A stretch of 64,000 bases of DNA from contig JBGSRK010000011.1 of NCBI GenBank assembly GCA_041737595.1, positions 75,806-139,805 on the forward strand, in the 5' to 3' direction. The stretch comes from Patescibacteria group bacterium. Its GTDB lineage: Bacteria > Patescibacteriota > CPR2 > UBA1875. Below, in pieces: positions 56,290 through 64,000 of the stretch (position 1 is its first letter; every line of letters begins with the position of its first letter). The position numbers were made by a program, and so were the translations under genes. The notes beneath the pieces were generated by a model. It did not search any database. It had not been told where the DNA came from and saw only the letters and a list, made by a program, of their open reading frames with translations.

Positions 56290-56760
56290 TGATATATCAC
56301 TAATTGTGAATAGGTGATGTGTCGTACATTGTTGGCATAGGAGGGGGCGCTTGCCCCCTCTTTCCACTTTAAAACCAAATAAATCAAAAAATAGGTTGAC
56401 AATTATAAAATATTATGATATTATGTACAGTCAACCTAAAAAACGAATAGTTTTAGGTACTGACAAGAAAATTTACATGCAATATGGTGGAGGGTCCTTA
56501 CTGGGGATGTGCCAAGGCGGTTTTGAAGGATACATTATGTGTATCAAAAAAAGCGGGATACGCAATATTTGATCCCACGCTTCTTCGGAGTCACATTGAG
56601 CCTTTGTTGGTTTGGACCTCTTTTGATAATCTTATAGAATTAACAAATATTTAAGGATTTGATAAATATATATTTACCCTTGATAATAAGGGCATGATTA
56701 CTGATTTTTGGGATTCGTACCCTTTACTCGGTGCTTGCCTTTATTAGTAAGGATAAATAA

Positions 56761-57372
56761 ATGAATATAAAAGAAAGATTTAGTTCAATAAAACCCGGTC
56801 AACTAATTATAATATTAGTTATTTTTGTGGTATTCGTTGGTGCTATCGTTGGTATAGTAAATTATCAGAATAAATCAAAATTAAAAAAATTACCTATGCT
56901 TGAAATAATTAGCCCAACAGATGGGGCAATTGTTGCAGATTCACAAATAATTGTAACAGGTGAGACTAATTTAAAAAATATAGTTACTATCAATTCTAAG
57001 GAAGTTAAAATTGATAAAAATGGTAAGTTTTATGAAGAAACACCACTTTCACTTGGTGATAATACTCTATTTGTAGTTGCTAAAAATAGTATTGGTATAA
57101 AAAATGAAAAAAGTATTAAGGTTACAAGAAAAGATGAATCTATACCAGAAAACCCGAATATAACATCAACAAACATAGATGAGAATATCCAAACTGAACA
57201 AACCCCACAAGTAGTAGAACCAGTTACTCAAAATATTACTGGAGATGGAAAAGGGAATCTTTCAACCTCTGGGCCAGAATCTTTTTGGCTTTTAGAATCA
57301 GCATTTCTTTCAGCAGCAGGTGCATCTTGGTTTTCTACAAGAAAAAAACTTAAAGAAATTCTAAAAAAATAA
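56761..57372 (+). CDS. membrane-anchored Ig-like domain protein
   Basis: N-terminal TM, LSLGDNTLFVVAKN Ig motif, LSTSGP plus C-terminal segment. Confidence 0.7.
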   Translation: MNIKERFSSIKPGQLIIILVIFVVFVGAIVGIVNYQNKSKLKKLPMLEIISPTDGAIVADSQIIVTGETNLKNIVTINSKEVKIDKNGKFYEETPLSLGDNTLFVVAKNSIGIKNEKSIKVTRKDESIPENPNITSTNIDENIQTEQTPQVVEPVTQNITGDGKGNLSTSGPESFWLLESAFLSAAGASWFSTRKKLKEILKK

Positions 57373-58335
57373 TTATTTAAATTTATAATTAATAAAATTA
57401 GGGTAACCGCGAATAAAATCATCTGCGGTTACTTTATTTTTACCTTCAATTTTTATAAAGTTAGGAGATATTGTGCCAGATTTCGTTCCGATATAGATTT
57501 TACTATCAGAAATTTCTACTTCACCTGGCTTAAGAGTCCCACTCTTTTTTGAAAGGTGAGAGCCTTTTGAGACCAATAAAGTATAAAAATCAATTTTTTT
57601 ATTATTCCAAAATGAGTAAACACCCGGCCATGGTTGATAAGCACGAGACATTCTTTCGATTTGTTCTGCGGTTTGATTTATAAAATCAATCTTGCCATCT
57701 TCTTTTTTTACCATTTTAGTATAAGTAGCTAATGAATTATTTTGAACAATCCCTTTTAGTTCTCCCGATATCCATTTAGGGACAACTTCTTTTAGCATCT
57801 CCGCACCTAATTTAGCTAATTTTTCCGATAGAGTATAAATATTTTCTGTATCATCTAATAATATCTTTTCCTGTTTTAGAATATCCCCTTCATCCATCCC
57901 TTCAGATATTAACATAATACTAACACCAGTTTCCGTGTCACTATTTAAAATTGGACCAACAATTGGGGCTGGACCTCTATATAGTGGTAGGAGAGATGGG
58001 TGAAAGTTTATCATTTTATATTTAGGTATATCTATAGCTTCAACCGGGATAATCATTCCAAATGCGCCTACAATAACTAAATCTAGTTTTGTTTCTTTTA
58101 TAATCTCTGTTAGTTCTATTTTATTTTGAGGTTGGTAGATAGATATATTATGTTTTTGAGCCGCTTGTTTTACAGGTGATTCCGCTAATTCCTTACCTCT
58201 ACCTTTTGGTTTATCTGGCCTTGTAATGCATCCCGAAAAAACAAACCCCGAACTAATTAGGTGTTCAAAAAGCATGGCACCGATTTCTGGGGTTCCCATA
58301 AACATAATTTTTAAATCTTTATTTATAATATTCAT
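57373..58335 (-). CDS. fmt: methionyl-tRNA formyltransferase
   Basis: FMGTPE, NFHPSLLPLYRGPAPI, MDEGDI. Confidence 0.96.
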   Translation of the reverse strand: MNIINKDLKIMFMGTPEIGAMLFEHLISSGFVFSGCITRPDKPKGRGKELAESPVKQAAQKHNISIYQPQNKIELTEIIKETKLDLVIVGAFGMIIPVEAIDIPKYKMINFHPSLLPLYRGPAPIVGPILNSDTETGVSIMLISEGMDEGDILKQEKILLDDTENIYTLSEKLAKLGAEMLKEVVPKWISGELKGIVQNNSLATYTKMVKKEDGKIDFINQTAEQIERMSRAYQPWPGVYSFWNNKKIDFYTLLVSKGSHLSKKSGTLKPGEVEISDSKIYIGTKSGTISPNFIKIEGKNKVTADDFIRGYPNFINYKFK

Positions 58336-58341
58336 TTAAAA

Positions 58342-58848
58342 CTATTTTTCTAATTCCCCACTCTGTTTTAGCACATATATTTCATCATTTTTTACATGAT
58401 CAATAAAAAGAGTACCATTCATATGATCAATTTCATGTTGAAGAATTCTTGCCATTAACCCTTCGGCCTTGATTTCAATCTTTTTACCTTCTAAGTTTAT
58501 CCCTCGTACTTTAACTTTTTCAAATCTTTCGACTTTGCCGTATTTTCTAGGGACAGATAAACAACCTTCCATATCTTCTATAATTTTTCCTGTACCTTTA
58601 ATAATTTCAGGATTAATAAGTGCATAATACCCATTAGAATTTTCTTCATCCCTAATAATTGTCATTCTTAAAGGTACACCAACCTGGATTGCAGCAATAG
58701 CTACCCCAGATTCATGTTCTGTACCATAACCAAACATTGTTTCAGCCATGTCGGCTGCAAGTTTTTTTATAGAATCATCTACACGAGAAATTTTTTTAGA
58801 TTTTTCGGAAAGAATTGGATTTGGTTTTGTAATAACTTTTAATTTCAT
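58342..58848 (-). CDS. def: peptide deformylase
   Basis: GVAIAAIQVG, EGCLSV, QHEIDH. Confidence 0.96.
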   Translation of the reverse strand: MKLKVITKPNPILSEKSKKISRVDDSIKKLAADMAETMFGYGTEHESGVAIAAIQVGVPLRMTIIRDEENSNGYYALINPEIIKGTGKIIEDMEGCLSVPRKYGKVERFEKVKVRGINLEGKKIEIKAEGLMARILQHEIDHMNGTLFIDHVKNDEIYVLKQSGELEK

Positions 58849-58923
58849 CTAGTGTTATTTTATCAAAAAATTGGCTTTATTAAAATATAAACAGACCAAA
58901 TAGAACTAATAAATATATTTTGA

Positions 58924-59433
58924 TTATTTAACTTCAAAGAATCTATTTTTTGGTGCTCCGCAGACAGGGCAGTTTTCTGGGGGTGGTCCTATATGGGTGT
59001 GCCCACAGACTTCACAAACCCAAACTTCACTAATTTCAAATTCTTTTAAACCTTCTAAAGCTTTTTTATAAAGTTCGGCATGTTCTTTTTCGACTGTATT
59101 TGCTTGAGAAAAACCAATTTTTGCTCTGCTTTCATTTTCTTCTTCTGCTTCTTTAATCATTCCAGGATACATTTTTTCAAATTCATAAGTTTCACCTTCG
59201 ATCGCTTTTTTAAGGTTTTCTTCGGTTGTACCAACACCATTCATATTTCTAAGATGATTTAGGGCGTGGATTGTTTCTGCTTCTGCTGCTGCTCTAAATA
59301 ATTTTGCCACGTCTCTGTAATTTTCTTCATCAGCTTTTTTTGCAAATGCGAGATATTTACGATTTGCTTGAGATTCCCCAGCAAATGCATCTGCTAAATT
59401 TTTTTCTGTTTTAGTCATTTTAACTCCTTTCAT
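58924..59433 (-). CDS. rubrerythrin
   Basis: AFAGESQANRKY, EKEH, CEVCG...CPVCG. Confidence 0.93.
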   Translation of the reverse strand: MKGVKMTKTEKNLADAFAGESQANRKYLAFAKKADEENYRDVAKLFRAAAEAETIHALNHLRNMNGVGTTEENLKKAIEGETYEFEKMYPGMIKEAEEENESRAKIGFSQANTVEKEHAELYKKALEGLKEFEISEVWVCEVCGHTHIGPPPENCPVCGAPKNRFFEVK

Positions 59434-59488
59434 CCTCCATTATAACACTAGTTGAATAGTTATTTTAAGGTGGTAAAATGTTTAATGT

Positions 59489-60529
59489 ATGAAACTTAAA
59501 GCTTTTGGGTTTTTATTTTTTGCTCTAATATTTACAGTTTTCGGGTATTTTATCCAAAAAAATATTTCTGTCATTTTAGATACTTTTAATACAACATTTT
59601 CTAATTTAACATCATATTTACTATATTCTATTATTTTAGTTATTTTATCTTATTTTCTAATTGCTTATTCATTTAAACTGATTTTAAAAATTTTTAATAT
59701 AAAAAGAAATATTTTAGAATCTATAAAATTACAGCTTTCTGCGCTTGCTATTAATATATTGCTACCCGTAATGGGTTTTTCTTCATTAGCTATTTTTGCT
59801 GAAGATGCAGAAGAACATAATGATTCTCGTGCAGCTGAGGTAGCTGCAAGTTTATTGTTCATGATAGGTGATTATACTGGTATTTCAATTATTTTACTTT
59901 TTTCAAATATTTATCTTGCTACCATAAACTCTCTTAATTGGATAACTTTAATCCCTTCTATAATTTTTTGGGCATTAACTTCAACAATGTATGTAGTTCT
60001 TTGGCTTTCAAGAAAAAGGAGAGAATTTATTGTTAAAAAAATCCAAAAATTATTTACTTGGATAGCATATATAGCAAATAAATTTATTAAAAAAGAAATA
60101 AACCCAAAACAATTATCCGTTCGCTTGGTTGATGAATTTGCAAAAGCATCAGAAAAAATATCAACTGATAGAAAACATTGGTATGAAGTTATAGGTTTTT
60201 TACTTACGTCACATTCAATAAGACTTCTAATTCTTTTTCTTATTTTCTTATCATTTGGGCTTGATGCTCAAATTGTTAATGTACTTGTTGGTTATGCGAT
60301 TGGTATTACAATATCAGTTCTTTCACCTACTCCAATGGGGATTGGTTTTGTGGAGGGGGCAATGGGGCTCGCTTATATAAATCTTGGACTTCCTGGAAGT
60401 ATTGTTGGCGCAACAATACTAATTTATCGCGCTATTGTGTTTTGGATACCATTCTTCATTGGATTTATCTTAATGCAAAGCAAAAGACTAAAAAAAATTA
60501 AAGAAGAAATTGAGGAGATGGAATCTTGA
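59489..60529 (+). CDS. lysylphosphatidylglycerol synthase TM / flippase-like protein
   Basis: SPTPMGIGFVEGAM, LIYRAIVFWIP. Confidence 0.85.
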   Translation: MKLKAFGFLFFALIFTVFGYFIQKNISVILDTFNTTFSNLTSYLLYSIILVILSYFLIAYSFKLILKIFNIKRNILESIKLQLSALAINILLPVMGFSSLAIFAEDAEEHNDSRAAEVAASLLFMIGDYTGISIILLFSNIYLATINSLNWITLIPSIIFWALTSTMYVVLWLSRKRREFIVKKIQKLFTWIAYIANKFIKKEINPKQLSVRLVDEFAKASEKISTDRKHWYEVIGFLLTSHSIRLLILFLIFLSFGLDAQIVNVLVGYAIGITISVLSPTPMGIGFVEGAMGLAYINLGLPGSIVGATILIYRAIVFWIPFFIGFILMQSKRLKKIKEEIEEMES

Positions 60530-60693
60530 ATAAAAAATATTTATATATTTTTCTTCTAATTTTATTTTTTTCTCTATGTTTAATAATTTTTTTAAGAACT
60601 ATAACCCCAGAAGACACCTGGTTATGTGAAAATGGTTTGTGGATGAAACATGGCAACCCAGCCTCAGAGATGCCTAAAACTTTTTGCCAATAA
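60526..60693 (+). CDS. small membrane-anchored protein (55 aa)
   Basis: Translated by hand: TM then EDTWLCENGLWMKHGNP. Confidence 0.55.
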   Translation: MNKKYLYIFLLILFFSLCLIIFLRTITPEDTWLCENGLWMKHGNPASEMPKTFCQ

Positions 60694-60744
60694 TTTGGTA
60701 TAATATTATAGAATATAGTTAACCTTAATTTAGAAAGGTAAAAT

Positions 60745-61194
60745 ATGGCAGAAGATAAGAAATTATATCGTTCACGTACGGATAAAGTTTTTTTAGGTGT
60801 TTGTGGAGGACTTGCTGAATATTTTGATCTAGATGCGACAGTTGTAAGATTAATTGCAGTACTTTTAATAATTTGGGGAGGAGTTGGTTTACTTGCCTAT
60901 ATAATTGCAGGTTTTGTAATTCCTGAGGGCCCAGAAGGAGTAAAAATGTCAGATAGAAAAAACAATAAAGAGGATTTCTCAAAGAAAGTGGAATCAGCTG
61001 CTCAACAAATAAAAGAAACGGTTGAAAATAAATCAGGTGGAGATAAAAGTTGGATTGGCGGAGTAATTTTAATAACTCTTGGAATGCTTTTTCTAGTTCA
61101 TCAATTTATTCCATTTTTAGATTTTAGTAAAACCTGGCCACTTTTTTTAATTATTTTAGGGATAATAGTTATTTTTGGCGGTAAAAAGGAGTAA
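60745..61194 (+). CDS. PspC domain protein
   Basis: LYRSRTDKVFLGVCGGLAEYF. Confidence 0.92.
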   Translation: MAEDKKLYRSRTDKVFLGVCGGLAEYFDLDATVVRLIAVLLIIWGGVGLLAYIIAGFVIPEGPEGVKMSDRKNNKEDFSKKVESAAQQIKETVENKSGGDKSWIGGVILITLGMLFLVHQFIPFLDFSKTWPLFLIILGIIVIFGGKKE

Positions 61195-61197
61195 TGT

Positions 61198-62112
61198 ATG
61201 AGATATTTTTGGGGTCTTTTGCTTGTATGTGTGGGGTCAGCATATCTTTCAGCTTCACTCGGTTATATTAATTATAATCAAATAAATCAGCTTTGGTTTT
61301 GGTGGCCATTAATTCTTGTTTTTATTGGTTTTGATTTACTCCTTAAGCGATTCAAATATGGTTGGGTTGGGATGATAGCTCTGACTCTTCTTGCAGGTCT
61401 TGCAGTTTATGATATATCTTTTGCTCCTAAATCATACATAAATCCATCAAATAGATACACTAATGTATCTCGTGAAGTTAAAGAGTCAAAATTAATTATT
61501 GAGAAAGATGAAAATGCCAAAACAGCAGAGATAGTAGTGAAAACAGGGGTAGTTGAATTTAATATTTCAGGTTCTAATAGTAATTTAATTGATGGTAATC
61601 TATTATCAAATTTTGCGGAACTTACATCAAAAAATAATCTTTTAGATAATGTTCAAAAAATAGAACTTTCAACCGAAAGTTTTATGCGGCCAATGATGAT
61701 GTGGTTTGGTGGTAATATAAAAAATAATCTCACACTTTCATTTAATGATAAGTTACCAATATTATTAAAAATAGAAAGTGGTGCATCAAAACTTGATTTT
61801 GATCTTTCAAAATATATTATTTCTGGAGTTGATATTAATTCAGGCGCTTCAAAAATTGATCTAACTCTAGGAGATAAAGTTATCGATGGTGCAAAAATAT
61901 TAGTAGATTCTGGGGCATCAACAATAAATATTTCTGTACCAAAAAAAGTTGGGGTTAGAATAAAAAGTGAAACAGGCCTTGTTACAAAAAATTATGAAGG
62001 GTTTACTTTAAATGGGGATTATTATGAGAATGAAGCATATAAATCTGCAGATAAAAAAATTGAAATTGAATTAAGAGCAGGTGCTTCTACTTTAAATGTA
62101 AGTGAGTATTAG
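61198..62112 (+). CDS. LiaF-related membrane protein with beta-repeat C-terminus
   Basis: WWPLILVFIG; repeated SGAS motifs. Confidence 0.7.
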   Translation: MRYFWGLLLVCVGSAYLSASLGYINYNQINQLWFWWPLILVFIGFDLLLKRFKYGWVGMIALTLLAGLAVYDISFAPKSYINPSNRYTNVSREVKESKLIIEKDENAKTAEIVVKTGVVEFNISGSNSNLIDGNLLSNFAELTSKNNLLDNVQKIELSTESFMRPMMMWFGGNIKNNLTLSFNDKLPILLKIESGASKLDFDLSKYIISGVDINSGASKIDLTLGDKVIDGAKILVDSGASTINISVPKKVGVRIKSETGLVTKNYEGFTLNGDYYENEAYKSADKKIEIELRAGASTLNVSEY

Positions 62113-62155
62113 AAAGTATTAAAATACATACAATAAATGTTTTAATATTTTTAGA

Positions 62156-64000
62156 TTAAAGCAAACTTTCTGGGTTAATATCAACTACCCAACCTGTTTT
62201 TATATTTTCTTTTAGAATTTTATAAATCTGAACTCTAGATATATTATTTTTTATTTTTAAAATTATTTGCCATCTATATTTTCCAGCAATTTTTGCAATA
62301 AAGGCAGACGACGGTCCAAGAACCATTAAATCTCTCTTTTCTTCTGGCAAAGTATTTGTTATATCAATTTTGTTAAGTATTTTAGCTATTCGATCCGCTT
62401 CTTCCGCAGCTTTTTTATTGTCTGGATGTGAATAACTTAATTTTATTAATTCAGAGAATGGGGGATATAAATATTTTTCACGAGATTTAATTTCACGTTG
62501 ATAAAAATCTTTGTAATCATGCTTTGCAGATGCGTTTATTGCGTAATTTTCTGGATCATAGGTTTGTACGATTACTCTTCCTGGGTGATAGCCCCGGCCA
62601 GTTCTTCCTGCAACCTGAGTTAGTAGACTAAAGGTTTTTTCTGCACTTCTGAAATCGGGTAAATTAAGCATTGTGTCGGCAGAAATAACTCCAACTAATG
62701 AAACATTTGGCAAATCCCAACCTTTGGCGATTATTTGAGTTCCGATTAAAATATCAAAATCGCCAGCAGAAAAGTCATTAAATATTTCTTCATGAGATCC
62801 TCTTTTTTTAGTTGTATCTCGATCCATCCTAGCCACTTTCGCTTTTGGAAATAATTTTTTAACTTCTATTTCAGTTTTTTGAGTTCCAAGCCCAAAATAT
62901 CTAATTGCATGAGATGAGCATTTTGGGCAAATAACAGGTACTTTTGTTCTATACTCACAGTGATGGCATTTTAGTATTTCTCCCTCTGATGGGTGGTATG
63001 TAAGTGGAATTTCACAATTTGGACATTCTGAAACTTGGCCACAATCACGACAAACGATAAAAGTTGATGCACCTCTGCGATTTACAAAAAGTATAACCTG
63101 TTTTTTTATTTTTAATGTTTCTGAAATTGCCTCATAAAGGTCATCAGAAATGATAGATTTATTCCCTTTTTTATATTCATCTCTTAAATCAACAACCTTA
63201 ACTGGTGGCATTACATCCTGAACGATTCTTTTTTCTAGAGTACAGAGTGTATATTTATTATCCAGTGCTTTTTTATAAGATTCTATTTTTGGAGTAGCCG
63301 AACCAATAATTAATTTTGCACCCGTTTGTTCACATAGCCATTCAGCTACTTTTGATGTTTCATATCTTGGTGTTTGATCTTGTTTATAACTTGATTCATG
63401 TTCTTCATCTATAAAAATATATTTTAGATTATTTACTGGAGTAAATATTGCAGATCTTGCTCCAAGTACAACTAATTTTTCTCCTGATTTAATTTTTTGC
63501 CAGTTATCAAATTTTTCTGTTTCTTTTAGCCCTGAATGCCAAATAGCAACCTTATCACCAAATCTTTCAATAAATCTTTTTGACGTTTGGGGGGTTAAAG
63601 ATATTTCAGGAATTAATATAATAGAACCACCACCATTTTTAATCGCATCTGCGACAAGTTGTAAATATATCTCTGTTTTACCAGAACCAGTAACCCCAAA
63701 TAATAAATATTTTGAATTTTTATTTCCCTTAAGAATAGAATCATATATTTTTTTCTGATCTAAGGTTAATTTTTGTTTATTTTGAATTTTTATTTTTGGT
63801 TTTATCTCTTTTAAAATCTCTCGTCTTTTTTTACCAAAGTTAAAAGATAGCATGTTTGGGATTACGTCAGAAATATTACAAAAATAATAATCAGCAATTT
63901 TTTGAGCAATAATAAGTTGAACCTCAGTTAAAACAGGTTCTTCGGATAGTACTTTTTTTATTTCTTTTGTTTTGAATTTTGGTTTTTCAACTACTTTAGT
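62156..64000 (-). CDS. priA: primosomal protein N' (5' partial)
   Basis: GVTGSGKTEIY, DEEH, four CxxC, QVAGRTGR; frame open to window edge. Confidence 0.96.
   Translation of the reverse strand, partial: TKVVEKPKFKTKEIKKVLSEEPVLTEVQLIIAQKIADYYFCNISDVIPNMLSFNFGKKRREILKEIKPKIKIQNKQKLTLDQKKIYDSILKGNKNSKYLLFGVTGSGKTEIYLQLVADAIKNGGGSIILIPEISLTPQTSKRFIERFGDKVAIWHSGLKETEKFDNWQKIKSGEKLVVLGARSAIFTPVNNLKYIFIDEEHESSYKQDQTPRYETSKVAEWLCEQTGAKLIIGSATPKIESYKKALDNKYTLCTLEKRIVQDVMPPVKVVDLRDEYKKGNKSIISDDLYEAISETLKIKKQVILFVNRRGASTFIVCRDCGQVSECPNCEIPLTYHPSEGEILKCHHCEYRTKVPVICPKCSSHAIRYFGLGTQKTEIEVKKLFPKAKVARMDRDTTKKRGSHEEIFNDFSAGDFDILIGTQIIAKGWDLPNVSLVGVISADTMLNLPDFRSAEKTFSLLTQVAGRTGRGYHPGRVIVQTYDPENYAINASAKHDYKDFYQREIKSREKYLYPPFSELIKLSYSHPDNKKAAEEADRIAKILNKIDITNTLPEEKRDLMVLGPSSAFIAKIAGKYRWQIILKIKNNISRVQIYKILKENIKTGWVVDINPESLL

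Noticed and set aside
56503-56730. tmRNA or RNase P RNA
   Set aside because: Starts GGGGATG but no T-arm/CCA end or GAGGAAAGTCC motif seen.

Overview
AT-rich bacterial chromosome segment that looks like a Candidate Phyla Radiation (Patescibacteria) genome; this lineage call is inferred from the divergent rRNAs and gene repertoire. Host backbone: gyrA 3' end, two Ig/Fn3 surface proteins, 16S rRNA, tRNA-Ile, tRNA-Ala, purF, murI, murD, a separately located 23S-5S unit with several hairpin insertions, an ATP-grasp/7TM/GT4 cluster, U32 peptidase, fmt, def, rubrerythrin, pspC and priA. About 24.7 kb of foreign DNA sits at the tRNA-Ala 3' end as two tandem serine-recombinase elements, bounded by three copies of GTCCACCATA (13257, 28241, 37991). 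Element 1 is a decaying conjugative element (coupling protein, replication-relaxation protein, VirB4 fragment, M23 pseudogene). It carries an intact diversity-generating retroelement: VR 24805-24930, TR 25311-25436, 11 mismatches all at TR adenines, avd antisense and overlapping the RT start. Element 2 is a defence island (C5 methyltransferase plus EcoRII-like nuclease, HEPN protein, DUF4238). The most unusual observation is that the att core lies inside both recombinase reading frames (encoding M-V-D). Recombination therefore swaps the recombinase C-terminal tail, and a conserved WN-x8-W tail is encoded at the far end of each element.
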